Notes: generated from the letters alone by a model not told the origin. Positions 13,053-27,599 are shown, counted from the stretch's first letter. The stretch is 62,960 nt of DNA from Priapulus caudatus (GCF_000485595.1 NW_014577087.1:401162-464121), one strand, 5' to 3'. Numbers and translations are program-made.

Positions 13053-15077
13053 AAAATAAAGGCGGGGAGAAAGTTAGGGGGCGGTGAAGAACGGAGGGAG
13101 AGATGGATAGATGGGCATTGCGAACGAAAGAGAAAGAGGAGAATGAGAGAGATAAACATCCGCATGGATCTTTTTGGATTTTTAGCTCAGTAATGTATAT
13201 CAGTAAAATCTAATTAACGCAATTACTCCAAATATCACATTATTAATTATCCTGAATCATCTTGTTATTTAGTTCATTAGAGTTAGTATAATGATCAAGC
13301 TAAAAAAAATTTTAAAATTTACATGCAAAATAGCAACATGTATTAACTGTGTTGGGTGGGAATGAAAGGTATAAAAGTCTGATCACATTATCATGGACGT
13401 TGAATGATAAAGATATAGATCCAGGAAGCAAATATGAGATGTACAAACTTCACAAGACTTGGTTTTTCTTGCAGCGTCAGCTGGGAGCAGGCCAGGTAAA
13501 CAAACACACGGTTGCTCTCCACAAACCACTGACTGATGACTGATGACGCATCGCATCAAGTAGACATATTTCCCACCAGATGTCATCATTATCTACGCAT
13601 ACGCGAGTCATAATCACAGCACTTACCACCAAATAAACTCTCGGGCTAAATGCACGGGAAGGAAATTCTACTCTAGCAGGCACAGCTGGAGATCTTAACT
13701 GCCACGTCGCACTTTCCACGCATTCCTGCGCCTGCGTTATTTATTATATTATATATGTGCCTGATCCCCTACTCTAGTAATTGTGTCACTGCTAGCTCAG
13801 TGAATGCATCGACGTAGACTTAATCAGTGGAAATTTGACTCTGATAGTAATATACATTGATAGATAAAGTCTAACAGCACAAGGCTAGCATTTCTGGGCA
13901 AGCCCCCAACACACACGCACACACCCCGCGCAACGTGGCTGTCATTGATGACTCATTCCCCCGCGAAGAGAGCGCTTACAAAGGCGAGAGAAATAATCAT
14001 TTCTCTCACAATGTTCCAAAAGACGATTGTCGAACATGTTAATGCGGCAGAATGCAACTCGTAAAGCCGGTATGACTCACAATCGTCGGCGTGTTAGAGT
14101 GCTAAAAGAGGGGACCCACCCATACGCAGCACCCCGAGCTAAATCTCACGTTGCCCGAGAACAATTGGCAACAAGGCAGTGTGATAAGCATTTAGACGTG
14201 TTCGCTGGAGCACTGCTACATCTTTTATTATTGCGAATTATGACCAGGCAGTTCGATAGCCGATGTAGCCTTTAACTACTTAGTCGGTTCGGGGAAGTCT
14301 GCTATCCACAGAGAAATGCGACTGCACGAGAAACATGAATCAACTCGTGCGTCGCAATAACAGTCACACACACACGCAAGCACATACACACACACACGGG
14401 CACGTATACACACGCACGCAGCCACGCTTGCAGCCACGCACGCACGCACACACGAATAAACACAAAACGAAAACGCGCACATGTAAACACACGAGCTTTT
14501 CTATACATGCGCACTCTCCATCCCCCCTGACAAATCATTTTCTCCGTTCCCACGGCGTTCATTCCCACCTCCTCCCTTCCTCTGTCTCCACCTTAATCAC
14601 TCCCCACTCTACCCCCATCTTATCTGTCATTCTCTCCAATAACGTGCTATGAAACACTACTGCTGTAACATTGCTATTACATCCTCCTATTATTCTGCTG
14701 AGCATTCGCAACACGAACACACACACGCACGCACGTATATAGGCACGCACGCGCCTACGCACAAACACATGTACAGGACTATCATCTCGCAGTAAGGAGT
14801 GAGTCGGCGTTAATGATGGCGGTTAGGGTGGTAGATGCAGCAGACAGCATATAATCACACCGGCTCTATAATAACACACAGCGAAACCGGAGCCGACACA
14901 GGGGCCCTGGCGACCAGGAAAACATGTGGGACGCGGCCCAGCAGTTGTAGCCCAACTAAACACATCTCACTGGAACCAACCTTCCCTGCTAGAGAACCCA
15001 GCATGACACCGCCTCCTTACATATACACACACACGCACACGCACGCACACGCACGCACGCAGCCACGCTTGCAGCCA

Positions 15078-15145
<68 letters not shown>

Positions 15146-16366
15146 ATGACGGCAGCATGCAGCTGGCCCGCGATTGACGCGAAAATCTGCTGGCATTCAT
15201 GTATTTTGACAGAAATTGATTGCTGCGAGCGCTGATACTTTAATTGCTTTATCCTTCACCTGTGACCGGCTTGGGGGCAAATCTAAGGGCCGCTCGCTCG
15301 CTGGACAGTAATTAATTCACCAAAGCAAATGTCTCCGACCAGCGTCCTGCTCATCCGCACTGAATAATTGCAGTCGTGCACAATTTTTGGTTGCAACACG
15401 AAGTTCACACGAAGTTCACAAGAATCTCACACGAAGCTGGGGTGTTTGACCTCTATTAACTTTCACTGTTAGAAGACCATGCAAACATCTTTCTGTATCA
15501 GTAACCGAATTTGTTTGCATCTATATCAACGTTTACTAATTTTCCAGGTCATTGTGCATATTACCAATAAAAAATGTTCCGTTTAAATAGAATTGGTGGT
15601 CTATAGAATGGGGTGTTGGTAACTTCGACCACATAGCTGCATAATATGGAAAGCCATCCCCTTCAAAAATCATTTTCAAACATTTCAAATACACAATTTT
15701 AAATAAATTTAAAACATTTCAAATTAATTAATAAAAATACAAATTACTTTATATTGTTTGAGAAATTTAAATTCAAAATTTAAAATCAATTCACAGAATA
15801 ACAAATTAATTTATTAACTTGCAAATTAATTCACAACTTTCCAAAATAATTGCCTGATATACAAATTCCTTCACATCATTGTAAAAATTCATTTTCTAAA
15901 CGTACAATTTATTTTCAAAACAACAAACCAATTTACTAACTTGCAATTTAATTGAGAACATGTTACATAAACTCACAAATGTTAAAATTTTGCTTCATCA
16001 CCCTAACAATTGAAATTATAAGTTTTAAATTAATTTACAGAATAACGAATCAGTTCACTAACTTTGAAATTGATTTATTACTTTTAACATTAATCACCAG
16101 AAATGCAAATCTAACTGTTCAATTGGTTTCAGAATTATTAGGTAACAAATGACAAATGTATAGCTTAAATTACAAATTAATCATACAGCTTTCAAAACAT
16201 ATATAAATGTTTACAATCAAAGAGCTCATTTAACAATCAATTTATGCAACTTCCAATCTATTCAAGACCTCTGAAATCACTTACTAGCGTTTACAATTTG
16301 CCGCCCACTCTGTTAATTGTTTCCGGTCCGTGTGCAAAACTATTCAGGAAACTTCGAATCAATTCA

Positions 16367-17183
16367 TAGGACTTGCAATCTATTCACTACACTTTCCGAA
16401 GCAGCCAACTACAAACCAAACTCCAAATCAATTCATTCTAAAAGTGCCCGGATGCTTCAGCTTGGATGGATACGCTATAGTATTGGAGGATCCGATTTTT
16501 ACCACCCTGCGGGAAAGATGTGTTTGTTTACAGCTGTACACTACAGTGTAGTGACAGTGTTGCCCAAAGAGCGTTCATCGTGACGTCACGTCCAGGTCAC
16601 GTGTGTAAACATAGCTCTGCTGGTTGGCAAAAGCGTTCGTTGGCACAGGCACTTGGAACGTCTCAATTAAATTAAATAATGATAAATAAACACAAAATGT
16701 ATTTACTACGAAAGTCTTAATGTTTCTCTACTCTATTTCGCCTATAATCACCTGCAAATGCCGGTCAAATGCTCATCTGCAACACACAAGTACACCGCAC
16801 GCCCGCCCTGTGCTGCGTGCACTAACAACATGAATAAGAGAATTATGTTATTCATGTTGTTTATGCTCTTTTATGCTCTATTATTGTTATGCTCTCTATG
16901 CTATATTGCTATGCTATGCTGTAACGCAGAGCTATGTTTTCACACGCGACCTGAACGTGACGTCACGCTGAACGCTCCTTGGGCATGCAACACTGTCACT
17001 ACACTGTAGTGTACAGCTGTAAACAAACACATCTTTCCCGCAGGGTGGTAAAAATCGGATCCTCCAATACTATAGCGTATCCATCCAAGCTGAAGCATCC
17101 GGGCACTTTTAGAATGAATTGATTTGGAGTTTGGTTTGTAGTTGGCTGGTTCGGAAAGTGTAGTGAATAGATTGCAAGTCCTA
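16367..17183. mobile_element. Foldback element with ~255-bp inverted arms, interrupted by a CACAGG MITE fragment
   Basis: 16367-16620 is the near-perfect reverse complement of 16926-17183 (also visible as mirrored ORFs in the track). Ends ta|ggacttgc...gcaagtcc|ta. Confidence 0.88.
16644..16835 (+). mobile_element. Partial copy of the CACAGGCACTTGG MITE family
   Basis: cacaggcacttggaacgtctcaat...aaagtcttaatgtttctctactctatttcgccta, shared with 37839, 56924, 60141, 62924. Confidence 0.85.
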
Positions 17184-19387
17184 GTGTGTGTCTCCACTTC
17201 TGCCCAGCTTTGCCAAACATTAACACCCTTTCTCCCACACCCAACAAACACACCACCGAGTTACTCGCGAGTGGTGGCGAAACTTGTTTACCAATATCCG
17301 ATTGCTTTCACTGCCTTTTTTTACTGGAATCGCGAACGTTTCACGAGGAAACGACGCGTAACGGATAAAAACAGCGATAAACAGCGTGCCAGCTCTCGTG
17401 TAATTAGGCTTAAATCATTAGCCAGGGTCTACGACCACGGGCCTCACCTGAGCTGAAAGGACGGCAAACAAACCCGACTGCAGAAGCTGTCTCAGCTGAT
17501 CAATTACCAGCAGTAAAAATGCACCAAAACCCGAGCGAACATGAATCGCAAATCGTTTATAAGACTGAGAACAGAAGCCATTTAATCTGGGAGGTCACGC
17601 TAAATCCTTGTTATCCGTATATAATACATACTCGCAAACAATATCGTTTTCCACACAAACCCGACGTGACGTACACTTCAACAATAGGATTCATGTCGGG
17701 TTCGAATTTTAGAGCTGAATCGAAACTGAAATCATACGGAAATGAAAGATATATGAAAGCGCATGCGCACCTGCCCGCAGAACACCTGTCCGTAGAATTA
17801 CGGGCATAATAGGTTATTCACAGAAATGCCGTTTGAAGTCCCCACCAAGGACGTATTTATTCGATCAGGCATGTGCATATTGACCAAAGTTTTTTGGACT
17901 GCCTCATTAATGATTCACGACTAATCGTACGTCAAGTGCTTTACCTGCGATATTGCATTAAAATTTAAAGCAGGCTCACATAGAAGGGGGTTTCTTTGGA
18001 AAATTTGTGTTTTTTCCCAATTTTTTCACAACTGGCCGGGTTTCATTCGCGCGAATTCTGAAAGTGCATACGTATGATATATAGCGCACTGTGTACACAC
18101 GAATTAATATATACGCTAGTATATATAGACGTAATTGAAAAAAAGCTAGATCGTCCACAACCCTGTCTAGTCCAATACATTACCGCACACAAGATACATT
18201 CGGGCAGCACAATATATCAAGCTTATCCTGCCTGACAATAAACATTAATCTCGACCCGCCTTCCTCTTCCGAATCGTGACTCAGCGAATATCTGTTTGCA
18301 TTCGATCGCCCAATACAAATGCGATTTTTCCCTTCTGGCCGCAGACAACAAAGAGCGACGAGGGTGGCAGGGAGGGGGGAGAGGCGGTCGGCGCCGGCGG
18401 GAGCTGGTTGTCGTCGTCAGGCGGGCATGAGTAATAACGCCGCTAGCTGACGCTGCCGGCAGCCGCGTCGCTAGCTGCTGCGAGCAACGCCGCCGCCGCC
18501 GCCGCCGCTCACCACGGTAAACAACTTACTTCCGAATCTCATCAGGGCGCCGCCGTGTGTGTACACGGACACAGATCGGAGCGCATCGCTGGCGAGGAAG
18601 AGGGCGGATGGGTTGTCTGTGGTTTGCGGTGCTGATTGCCGTTATTGCCGAGTCGAAGTAGCGAGAGATTCCCGGGGAAAATACGCGTAAATACGTGCTG
18701 TCATACGCAGCAGGGATATTCCACAGCGTCGTCTATTAGACACACTCACTTGTATAAATATATACGTACACGCAAACTTACAGGCCTGCACACACGCATA
18801 CATGCGCGCACACGTACACGCCAGCGCTCAGAGACATATATAGCCAGTTTGGCAAGCAATGTAGTTGAAGAACTCATCACGTCTGATGCAGTTTAAATAC
18901 GAAGCTTATGAAATCAGATGTGGCATCAAACAAACGCTGTCCTGTGCAAACAGTAGTGAGTAAGGATACCAGAGAACAAACCACCTTATTGAAGCTGGCG
19001 CAAAATGGCGTCGAACACACGGCGCGAACTGAGCAGCGTGAGGATTACTCCCGCTAATAAATTGCCTCTCGGCATTAAAATTGGATTACATCATCGACAA
19101 GCGAGAGTTTGAGGGATTTGTCGCAATATTGAAATTCAATTTGACAAGGAAATCGTTACCAACTTCAAAATTGCCATCGGTAGTCGGTCTCCTTCCTAGA
19201 GTCTATTATGTCCGTGAAGATACCCTAGCTACCGCTGCTGCACACACACGCACGCGCGCGCACACACGAACGCACGCACGCACTCACGCACGCACGCACT
19301 CACGCACGCACACACACACGCGCACGCGCACGCGCACGCGCACGCGCACGCGCACGCACACGCACACGCACACGCACACGCACACGC

Positions 19388-19432
<45 letters not shown>

Positions 19433-19990
19433 CACACACGCCACAGGTATATTCATATAGCGAGACTGCACGCACGCGTGAATGTCATCACCTGCTTATT
19501 ATCCTCTATAACTAGCAGCGTTTCCGACAGCCACACATTCAAAACCATCGCTAATTACCCTACGTAACATTGCTTACAGCCACGTAACGTGACGAGCGCG
19601 CCAACGGTCGCCAAGTCGCTTCCCTCTCATTTTCCGCGGAGTTGGTGCGTGTAATGACATCCAGTATATGCGTGCTGGTTGCCTACACACACACACACAC
19701 AGGTGAGAAAGATCGCTCGTAAGCTACGTCCATATAACAAATTACATCAGTATTTCACACATGCACGTACATAGTACATATATAGGAGCGGCTGTGCCTT
19801 AGCATGATTATTATATCACGATATAACTTACGAGGGAATGTAGATGTCCCGAATAGAGATCTATTCGTGTACTATACCACACTACACCAAAATTCATATA
19901 TACTACACCATATTACAGAAGATTGCGGTGTCTCCGCATGCCACCGCGTTTCACCAGCGTACGGCGCAGGGTGTAACCCAGCATCGCTTA

Positions 19991-20262
19991 GGCCATCCTT
20001 AAAAAAATTCTATGTTTGCTGTCCCCCGACCCATGATTTTTTAGTGGGTAGGTAGGTAGGTAGGTCTCTTTTTTGTGTGATGCATAACAGTTATTTTAAG
20101 TCTGTCCTCATGTTTGCCACACATGCTTTGTGTTTCAGTCTTAACTATGAAGAATGTGAAAAAAAAAATAATAGAACCCAAAATGTCAAAAAAAACTTGG
20201 GTCGCGGCTATTTTCGTGGGTCGGTCGGAGGACAGCAAACATATAATTTTTTAAGGATGGCC
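19991..20262. mobile_element. PIF/Harbinger-type (Tourist-like) MITE
   Basis: tta|ggccatccttaaaaaa..tatgtttgctgtcc ... ggacagcaaacata..ttttttaaggatggcc|tta; 3-bp TTA TSD. Confidence 0.85.
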
Positions 20263-20625
20263 TTACAGCGAGAAGCAGTGAGGTAGCTCATGTTGCTACA
20301 GGCTGCAAGCCGCCACTTCCTCGTAAGACCTGCCCACGTCGCGGTAGCCTACATAACAGCGATTAATTATTGAGCGGGGCGACGTCATAATCAGCAGCTA
20401 TACCACGACTGTGGGCTCAACCAGGAGAACTACTGCAGATGCCATCCCCCACCCGTGCATCCCATCCGGGAGGCCTGTGTTTACACGACACGGCCTATAT
20501 AGGTGCGTACATGCTTGTGTGCGTATTCTCCCTCTCCCCTTCTTTTCGGTCGACGTCCCTCATCTTCCTCCCTCTCTCTTTCTCTCGGTTTCGCCCCATC
20601 ACCCCCTTTCCTCTCTCATTATCTC

Positions 20626-20662
<37 letters not shown>

Positions 20663-21287
20663 GCTCATCTCTCTCTTTCTCTTTTTCTCCCCTTTTCTCT
20701 CTCTCTTACACTGCCTTTGCCAATCTGCCGCAGAATCTGTGATAACTATATATACATATTGACAGGCCCGCTTATCTAAGCTGTTTACGATATCCATCGA
20801 GAAATACCGAAGAAGAAAGAATGCTTTCAATGCGTCCAGAAAGAGGATGTGATTTAAAGAATCTGCTGGAACTCATACACAACCATTATATTTCCGTGTA
20901 ATTTCCGGCGATGATATTTATAACAGCTCCGGGTTCGCGTACACTGCTGTCCGGGACTCCTCCTGATCAGCGTGACCTCTTTTTCTCGCTCCTTGGCTTC
21001 AGCAACCGTCTACCCACCACCTTATGTCTCCGCTGGCAGCCGCACCCACCCACGCACGCACGCACGCGAGCATACTTCACCGAACACGGAATGAGGCGGG
21101 AGAGAAGGGGAGGAAAAAGGAAGTTAAGCAAGGCAGAGAGGAATTAGAAGGAGGGTACAGCTGCGCAGGGGAAGGGAAGAACTGTCTGCGAGACACGTTT
21201 TTTTATGAAATGCGTGAAAAGGCACGTCAGATCTGTTCGAGAAGTTCTCATTCATACTTGTCATCGATGACGGGCCGCCCGACCCTC

Positions 21288-21446
21288 GAGGGATGCTGAG
21301 GGATGCTGCGGGATGCTGGGGGATGCCGGGGGATGCTGAGGGATACTGGGGGATACCGAGGGATGCTGGGGGATGCCGAGGGATGCTGGGGGATGCCGAG
21401 GGATGCTGGGGGATGCCGAGGGATGCTGGGGGATGCCGAGGGATGC
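21288..21446. repeat. 10/20-bp tandem repeat (ggatgctgggggatgccgag)
   Basis: Direct inspection. Confidence 0.95.
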
Positions 21447-22747
21447 TACGTACAGCACGGGGCAGGTACAACACCACGGCGACCTTGCCAGGTGAACGGC
21501 CTCATCATGGTGACCACCGTGCACTTAATCGGCTGCAGGTAAAGCGCGGCGGGTGCAGTTATTGCTTGTTACTGTTAGCGAACTCGTCATACGGGCGCGC
21601 TCGACACTCGCTCACCTGCTCGCACCTACCTGGTCACTATACCTGATCACTCCCTACCTAGCAGCTCGGCGGTCGTCAGCAAGCTCACTCGTGATTAGTC
21701 ACACAGCCGCCGCGCCACGCCACGGAACATAAGAGCATCATAAATTACGTATACTCAGATCTCGATTTGCCGGCCTTCCGTACTGCCCGCATGCACCACA
21801 ACGTGGGCGTGTGCGCGAGGGAATGCGAGCGTTCTGCACCACTAATCCCTCCATCTCTCGCTTGCTGCCTGCTCGATCAAATTCCCTTCATCACTCACAC
21901 CCTGTGTGCCTAGACTTCCTGCCTCTATCCCTCAACAATCTATCCACCCAACCACCGATCTATGCACACAGCCATCTGTCACAAACAATCTCTTACTTGC
22001 TCTGTCCCTCTCTTACTCTCATACTCGCGCGCACGCACGCACACACACGCGATCTCTCTTTCTTCCTACCCACGCTCGCGTGTGCTCGATAGATGCTGAG
22101 TCTAGCTATACTAGGGGTGGATGCACAAGAGCGCCAATAGTTTCTCGGTAATTTGCAACAGTCTAAACCCGGGCACGCTGGCTGCATGCGGGCGCAGGCA
22201 GCGTGTATCTATGTATGTATGATGTATATATATACCTGCAGTTCTCGCGCTGACACTGACAGTCCGTTGACCCCGCCTCGCTCCGGGCTTCTCTTACATC
22301 GCTGAGACTGAGAGAGAGGGGGAGGCGCGTGTTTGCTCAGCACTGACGGCGGCAGCCCCAATTGCTGCGCTAGTCGGTAATTACTCTACGCTCTAAAATA
22401 CCCCGTGCAGCTACTATAGCTGGCCGGTAAAAACTCCGAACTGAAACTGTATAGAGTTGGCATTTCGTTCGCTGTCGGCGCCGGGCAGCGAACGCAGCAT
22501 CGCTCTAACGATCGTGTATACGCTGTTGCCACTAGCATATTGCAGCGATATCTACCCATTATCGGCAGGTATTATTCGGGAGTACATTAGTCGGGAGTAT
22601 ACATCTTATTATTCGTATTATTCGGGAGTACATCTACGACTGCTGCATCTATAGATGCTGAACAAAACCGCATATCTGCGACGATACTCACACGACGACG
22701 GACATCGTGTCCGAGTTTAATACTTGCTTGCTCGGCCTCTTTAATAT

Positions 22748-22787
22748 CAATAGCTAATAAATACCTATAGGTATTTATTAGCTATTG
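22748..22787. mobile_element. Micro-hairpin element, 40-bp perfect palindrome (CAATAG end variant)
   Basis: ttaatat|caatagctaataaatacctataggtatttattagctattg|gtaatat; TSD 6/7. Confidence 0.7.
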
Positions 22788-24369
22788 GTAATATCGAAAG
22801 TGCAAACGCGAATATTACACTGCAGCACGAAACCGCCGTGCGGGGCAGATTGATCATGCGAAATGCGTTTCTGGCTAGCTGTTCCATCATCGATTGCCAC
22901 TCTCCTGCTTGCTCTCGCACCTCCCATCATACCCACATCGATGGCACGGTGGCATTAACGTGGTCAATGGTGCAACAGTGGGTCAGTAGAGCAGTCGCTG
23001 CGCGAAGGTTTGCTTCAACTCTACTCGCACCTCGTGTGGTCTATATCTACACAGCGCAAGGTCGCCAATGCATAACACCTGCTAGTTTATTCAATTGCGA
23101 AAGTGGAACAAAAACGCACCCGCCCCCACGCACGCATAACCAACAAACAATCGTTTGGTAGAGCGCCAACCGAAATGCACAAACACGAGCGTACGTGCGC
23201 ACACAGCGAAATCACTATCATGTGAAGCTCCCGCTAAAAGTGCAGCTTATAATCTATATGTGTTCGAGCTGTGTACACCGCCAGACGAAAGTTTCCATGC
23301 AATTAGCTGGCATTTTGCGCACTTCTCTTCAATCGTATGTGTCTCTTTGGCGTCTTTCCAATCACGATTACACTCATCCAGCTCCCAGAACCAGAAATTT
23401 CCGGGGAAAAGGGTGAATAACTAAGGCGTTCGCTGCTATTATTACAAGTCAGTACTCGCTACTGCTAATTGTGAGTGCACCGCTCCTCCCTCCAAAAAGG
23501 ATGATACATGTTGTACGCATAGGAAACTTATTAGTGCTGCAATTATCGAGCAGCGTAATTCTTATTAGCGAAAATGGAATTAGTAAATCCGGACTGCCGT
23601 GTATTAATAAATGACCTCGAAATCTGCACATCTGTGTAAAGGTTTATCAGAGCTACTAGTTGCCAATCTTCCGACATCTCAAGGTATTTGCGTGTACGCA
23701 CACATCAATTAGTAAAATATAGAGCAAACTAAGATTAAATCTAAAGACGGGTATCGTGAATTCAGACGACATCAAGGTCTGTCTGCAACAACGATAGAAA
23801 GAATTAACCGCACTAGCAGAGGTCCTAGTACATGTAACACATCAACGCTCACGTTTGTCGGTAATCACTAATCAGACATCACGGTCATCGCCTGAGCATC
23901 CGTCAAATTCTGCAGCTACAGATGATGTTACAAAACATTACGTTCCCAGTCGCAGTTTAACGTACGTACGAATAACAGCATCCTGTGATAGGCACCAGTA
24001 CCATCTTCGCACAGATGAGGATGCGCGACGAGGCTGAGATAGGGATCGGCGAGATGTGAACAACGAGTGTGAACAAACGATGTCTTCACGTAGTGGTTGA
24101 ACAACTAAGACGGTGTTCCTTCACTGCTCGCCAGCCTCCCACCCGCGTGCAGACGCGCAGCAATCGATATCGGCTATATAGTCTTGGAAACAGGTTCAAG
24201 TCTTTGAAGCCCCCAGTCAGTCCTGATGTTGAAAATGTTAATTTCTGCTATTTAACCCTGAGTGTATCTACAATATCTATATAATCGATAGTATCTATAA
24301 TAACCCTGTATTGAAATCTATAACAATTGGCCAATCCTGCGCAAAGGTAACGAGTCCCTGCCTGGCTGC

Positions 24370-24745
24370 CTGACCGACTGACTGACAGACTGACCGACGG
24401 ACGGACGGACGGACAGACGGACGGACGGACGGACGGACGGACGGACGGACGGACGGACGGACAGACGGACAGACGGATGGACGAACGGACGGACGGACGA
24501 ACGGACGGACGAACTGACTGACGGACGGACGGATGGACGGACGACGGACGAACGGACTGACGGACGTCACGAACGGACGGATGGACGGGCGGACGGACGA
24601 ACGAACTGACTGACGAACGAACGGACGGATGGACGGACGGACGGACGGACGAACTGACTGACGGACGAACGGACAGATGGACGGACGGACGGACGGACGG
24701 ACGGACGGACGAACTGACTGACTGACGGACGAACGGACGGGCGGA
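24370..24745. repeat. (GGAC)n/(TGAC)n tetranucleotide microsatellite
   Basis: Direct inspection. Confidence 0.95.
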
Positions 24746-24807
24746 CTGAGGGACGAGCTGCTAGTTCCAACACTGAGCACTACATAACGCCGCCGCAGAT
24801 CATCAGT

Positions 24808-25122
24808 CATCAGCTGACGCGCGCATCAACTCGTGCGTACGTTTCAGGAAGATTGATGAGCAGAGATATCGCGCGAAGAACACACGCAATTCGGTCTGCG
24901 TCAAACAACAAGTTGCGCCAAGCCGGTGTAGCATCGTACACATTCACCCCGTGGCAAACGCCCCCACCCCACACACACACACACCATGCTACATGGGCAT
25001 AGGCATGTCTGGCTATGCGCCTCATAACTATATGACTCGGATTTGACATTTATTGCCCGTGCACAATGTGCAGGGAAGACGTTCGCCACGAGGAGTTGTA
25101 TATTACGCTACACAGGGGTACC
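24808..25122 (+). repeat. Segment duplicated at about 30537-31005
   Basis: catcagctga ... cattcaccccgtggcaaacg ... gttgtatattacgctacacaggggtacc occurs twice; the second copy is indel-rich at its left end. Confidence 0.85.
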
Positions 25123-25241
25123 AGAGAGAGAGAGAGAGATGACGAAAAGTGCACAGACAGATATTGAGACACGGATTCAGAACGCTGCACGCCGGGATAT
25201 ATATTTGCAGCAGACATATCGATTTTACCGCATCTACTCAC

Positions 25242-25330
25242 CGTAGCCGTCGTAGGTCTCGATGTGAGTAAACGCTGGCTTCTCCTCCTTTTTCAGCGGT
25301 GGCAGATCAGTCTTCGTTAAGCTGCTCAGC
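25242..25330 (-). CDS. PDZ-RhoGEF N-terminal exon, (x)LSSLTKTDLPPLKKEEKPAFTHIETYDGY(G)
   Basis: ctctgttgcag| ... tacg|gtgagt; 89 nt, open frame, phase 2 to 1, joins exon 11545 in frame. It begins LSSL, as does the recalled second exon of vertebrate ARHGEF11 (..DR|LSSL). Confidence 0.82.
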
Positions 25331-27599
25331 CTGCAACAGAGCGAGGACACGGTCATCTACGTGCGCACACACACACACACACGTCATATGCGCGCCGCGT
25401 AAACATCACAATTTACCCAGATTTATTTGCGAAATCTGAGAAACGCGATACACACGCATGCACGCACGCACACACACACGCACAGCGATGCTATTACGTG
25501 TCAACCGCGCGACACGTTGTGACAGATGACGCCGCCTGAACGTGCACGCGCATCAACATGCGTGTTAATTTAGTTACGAGAGACGGTTGCCGCTCTCGTC
25601 CATTTTTTATTGTCTCCTCTTCCACGAGGAGGTCGTGGCGGTGATATAGACACAGGGCGAGATTCATCAACGTTGCATAAAATCAAGAGCAGATAAAGAA
25701 GAACCTTCTTTATCTGCTCTTGATTAATATGTATTGCGTACACTAGGCCGTTTCTACGAACGTAACGGTATCGTACGCAAATGGTGTTGCTAAGAAACAG
25801 GGCGTCGAAGGATGGGTGGTCCGTTACGCTGCCAGCAACTAGCACTTCGTACCTTCAAAATCCAAATCTTCCACAGTCATTACTTCCGGCTAGACATTGT
25901 CCTTATTCTTCCTAACCCATCCTAACAACAAGTGGCAGCCCACATACACACGTGACTCCTCCTCGAGCGCCCGTGTTCCTAGGGCAGGGAGCGGCGCGGC
26001 GAGGATGCGGCGGCAAATTTTTTTTGGGAGGCGCGCGGGGGGGGCGAGAGCGCGTGGAGGTGCGATTCGAGTCTAAGCGGGCAGGGGGGGGGGGCGTTAC
26101 CGCATCCCGCGTACGCAAATGTTGATGAATTCCAGCGTAAATCCACTACGCCATCGTAGCTGCTGGCGGTGATATAGACACGGTTATTTTCTACTGTGGC
26201 GTTTGAATAGCTAGGTGAATAGGTGAATAGCTAGATGAACAGGTGAATAGCTACATGAATAGGTGAATAGCTAGATGATAGTGAATAGCTAGATGAACAG
26301 GTGAATAGCTACATGAAGGCGCGGTTGACATAAGTTTAATAGGAGGTGGAGAGTGAAGGTAATAGGGAAGCGAGCGGAAGGGAGGCGAGGGTTGAATGCA
26401 GAAGGGTGAGAGAGGCAGGGACGTGAGAGTGAGGTGAAGAGCGGGAGCGAGTGTGGAATAGGTGAATAGCCTAGATGAACAGTGTGAATAGTTAATTAGA
26501 GAAGTGAGAGGGAGGTGAGAGCGATGAAGCGCAGGGCTGATGATATGCAGGTGGGAGGAGCGAAGAGTGGAATAGCAACGTGAATAGGTAAATAGGCTAA
26601 CGTGAATAAGGTGTAATAGTTAATTAGAGGTGAGATGCGGGGTGAAAGAGCGGAGTGAGTGAGTGACAGGGGTGGTGTATATAAGCTACAAAGGCGAGGG
26701 TGGCAGAGTGAGAGGCGAGCGCTAGTGAGAGAGTGAGAGGTGGAGACCTATCTAGGGTGGCAGTGGGATGGAATAGCAAGCTATAGATGACTATTTAGAT
26801 GTTTAGATGAATATCGAGTGAAATAGACGAAATCAGATTGAATAGCTAGGTCAATAACTAGCGTGAATCACCAGGTGAATATAGCATAAATATTTGAGGG
26901 TAGCCAGGTGGACAGCTTAGTGCAGCGCTAGGTTGTTAGCCGAGTGCGTTGTCTGCAGCGTGTGAATCGCACACCTGCTTTAGTCCCGTCCCGCGTTCGC
27001 TCGCCGTGCTTCTTTACAGCTTGTGTCCGCCTTCACTTTAAAACAAACTACCTCTTGAACGAAGGTGATGAAACTATCCTCGGCTTGTGCCTATCGAGAA
27101 TCGCCTCGCGCTCGGTGTTCTATGCCTGATAATGTAGCTCATACAGCAGTCGGTCGTGCCGTTTTCAACTTGCACTAAGCACCGTCTAGGTATTACATTA
27201 GCTCTCGTCTCGGGACTAGACCCATAACAGCGAGATACGCTCCTATGCGTATATTTATTTATTCAGTAGTTCAACACGGAGTCCTTGTTCATGAGCACTG
27301 ATTTCCGAGGCCTGTGGAGGCTGCACGTCACCAGACGCATAGGATCACAGCCTCTCGGAGTGGCAAAACAACCGGTTGAAGTCATTTACGACAAACTATC
27401 GCGGCTGAGAAGCTGCNNNNNNNNNNNNNNNNNNNNNNNNNGCCCTGTGCTGACTCGACGTGAGGCGGGAACGAGACGGGCCGACACCTGAGGGACTCCG
27501 CCTGGCGTAGTTCCCTAACACCCGCTGCGCAGACCCTACACAATAACGAGCGGACCGCGCCCGCAAGCATCATACAGTCATGGCAGTGGGGGGGGATAA

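Noticed and set aside
24270..24312. caata...tattg segments as further micro-hairpins (also about 52478-52533)
   Set aside because: Arms pair poorly and TSDs are unconvincing.
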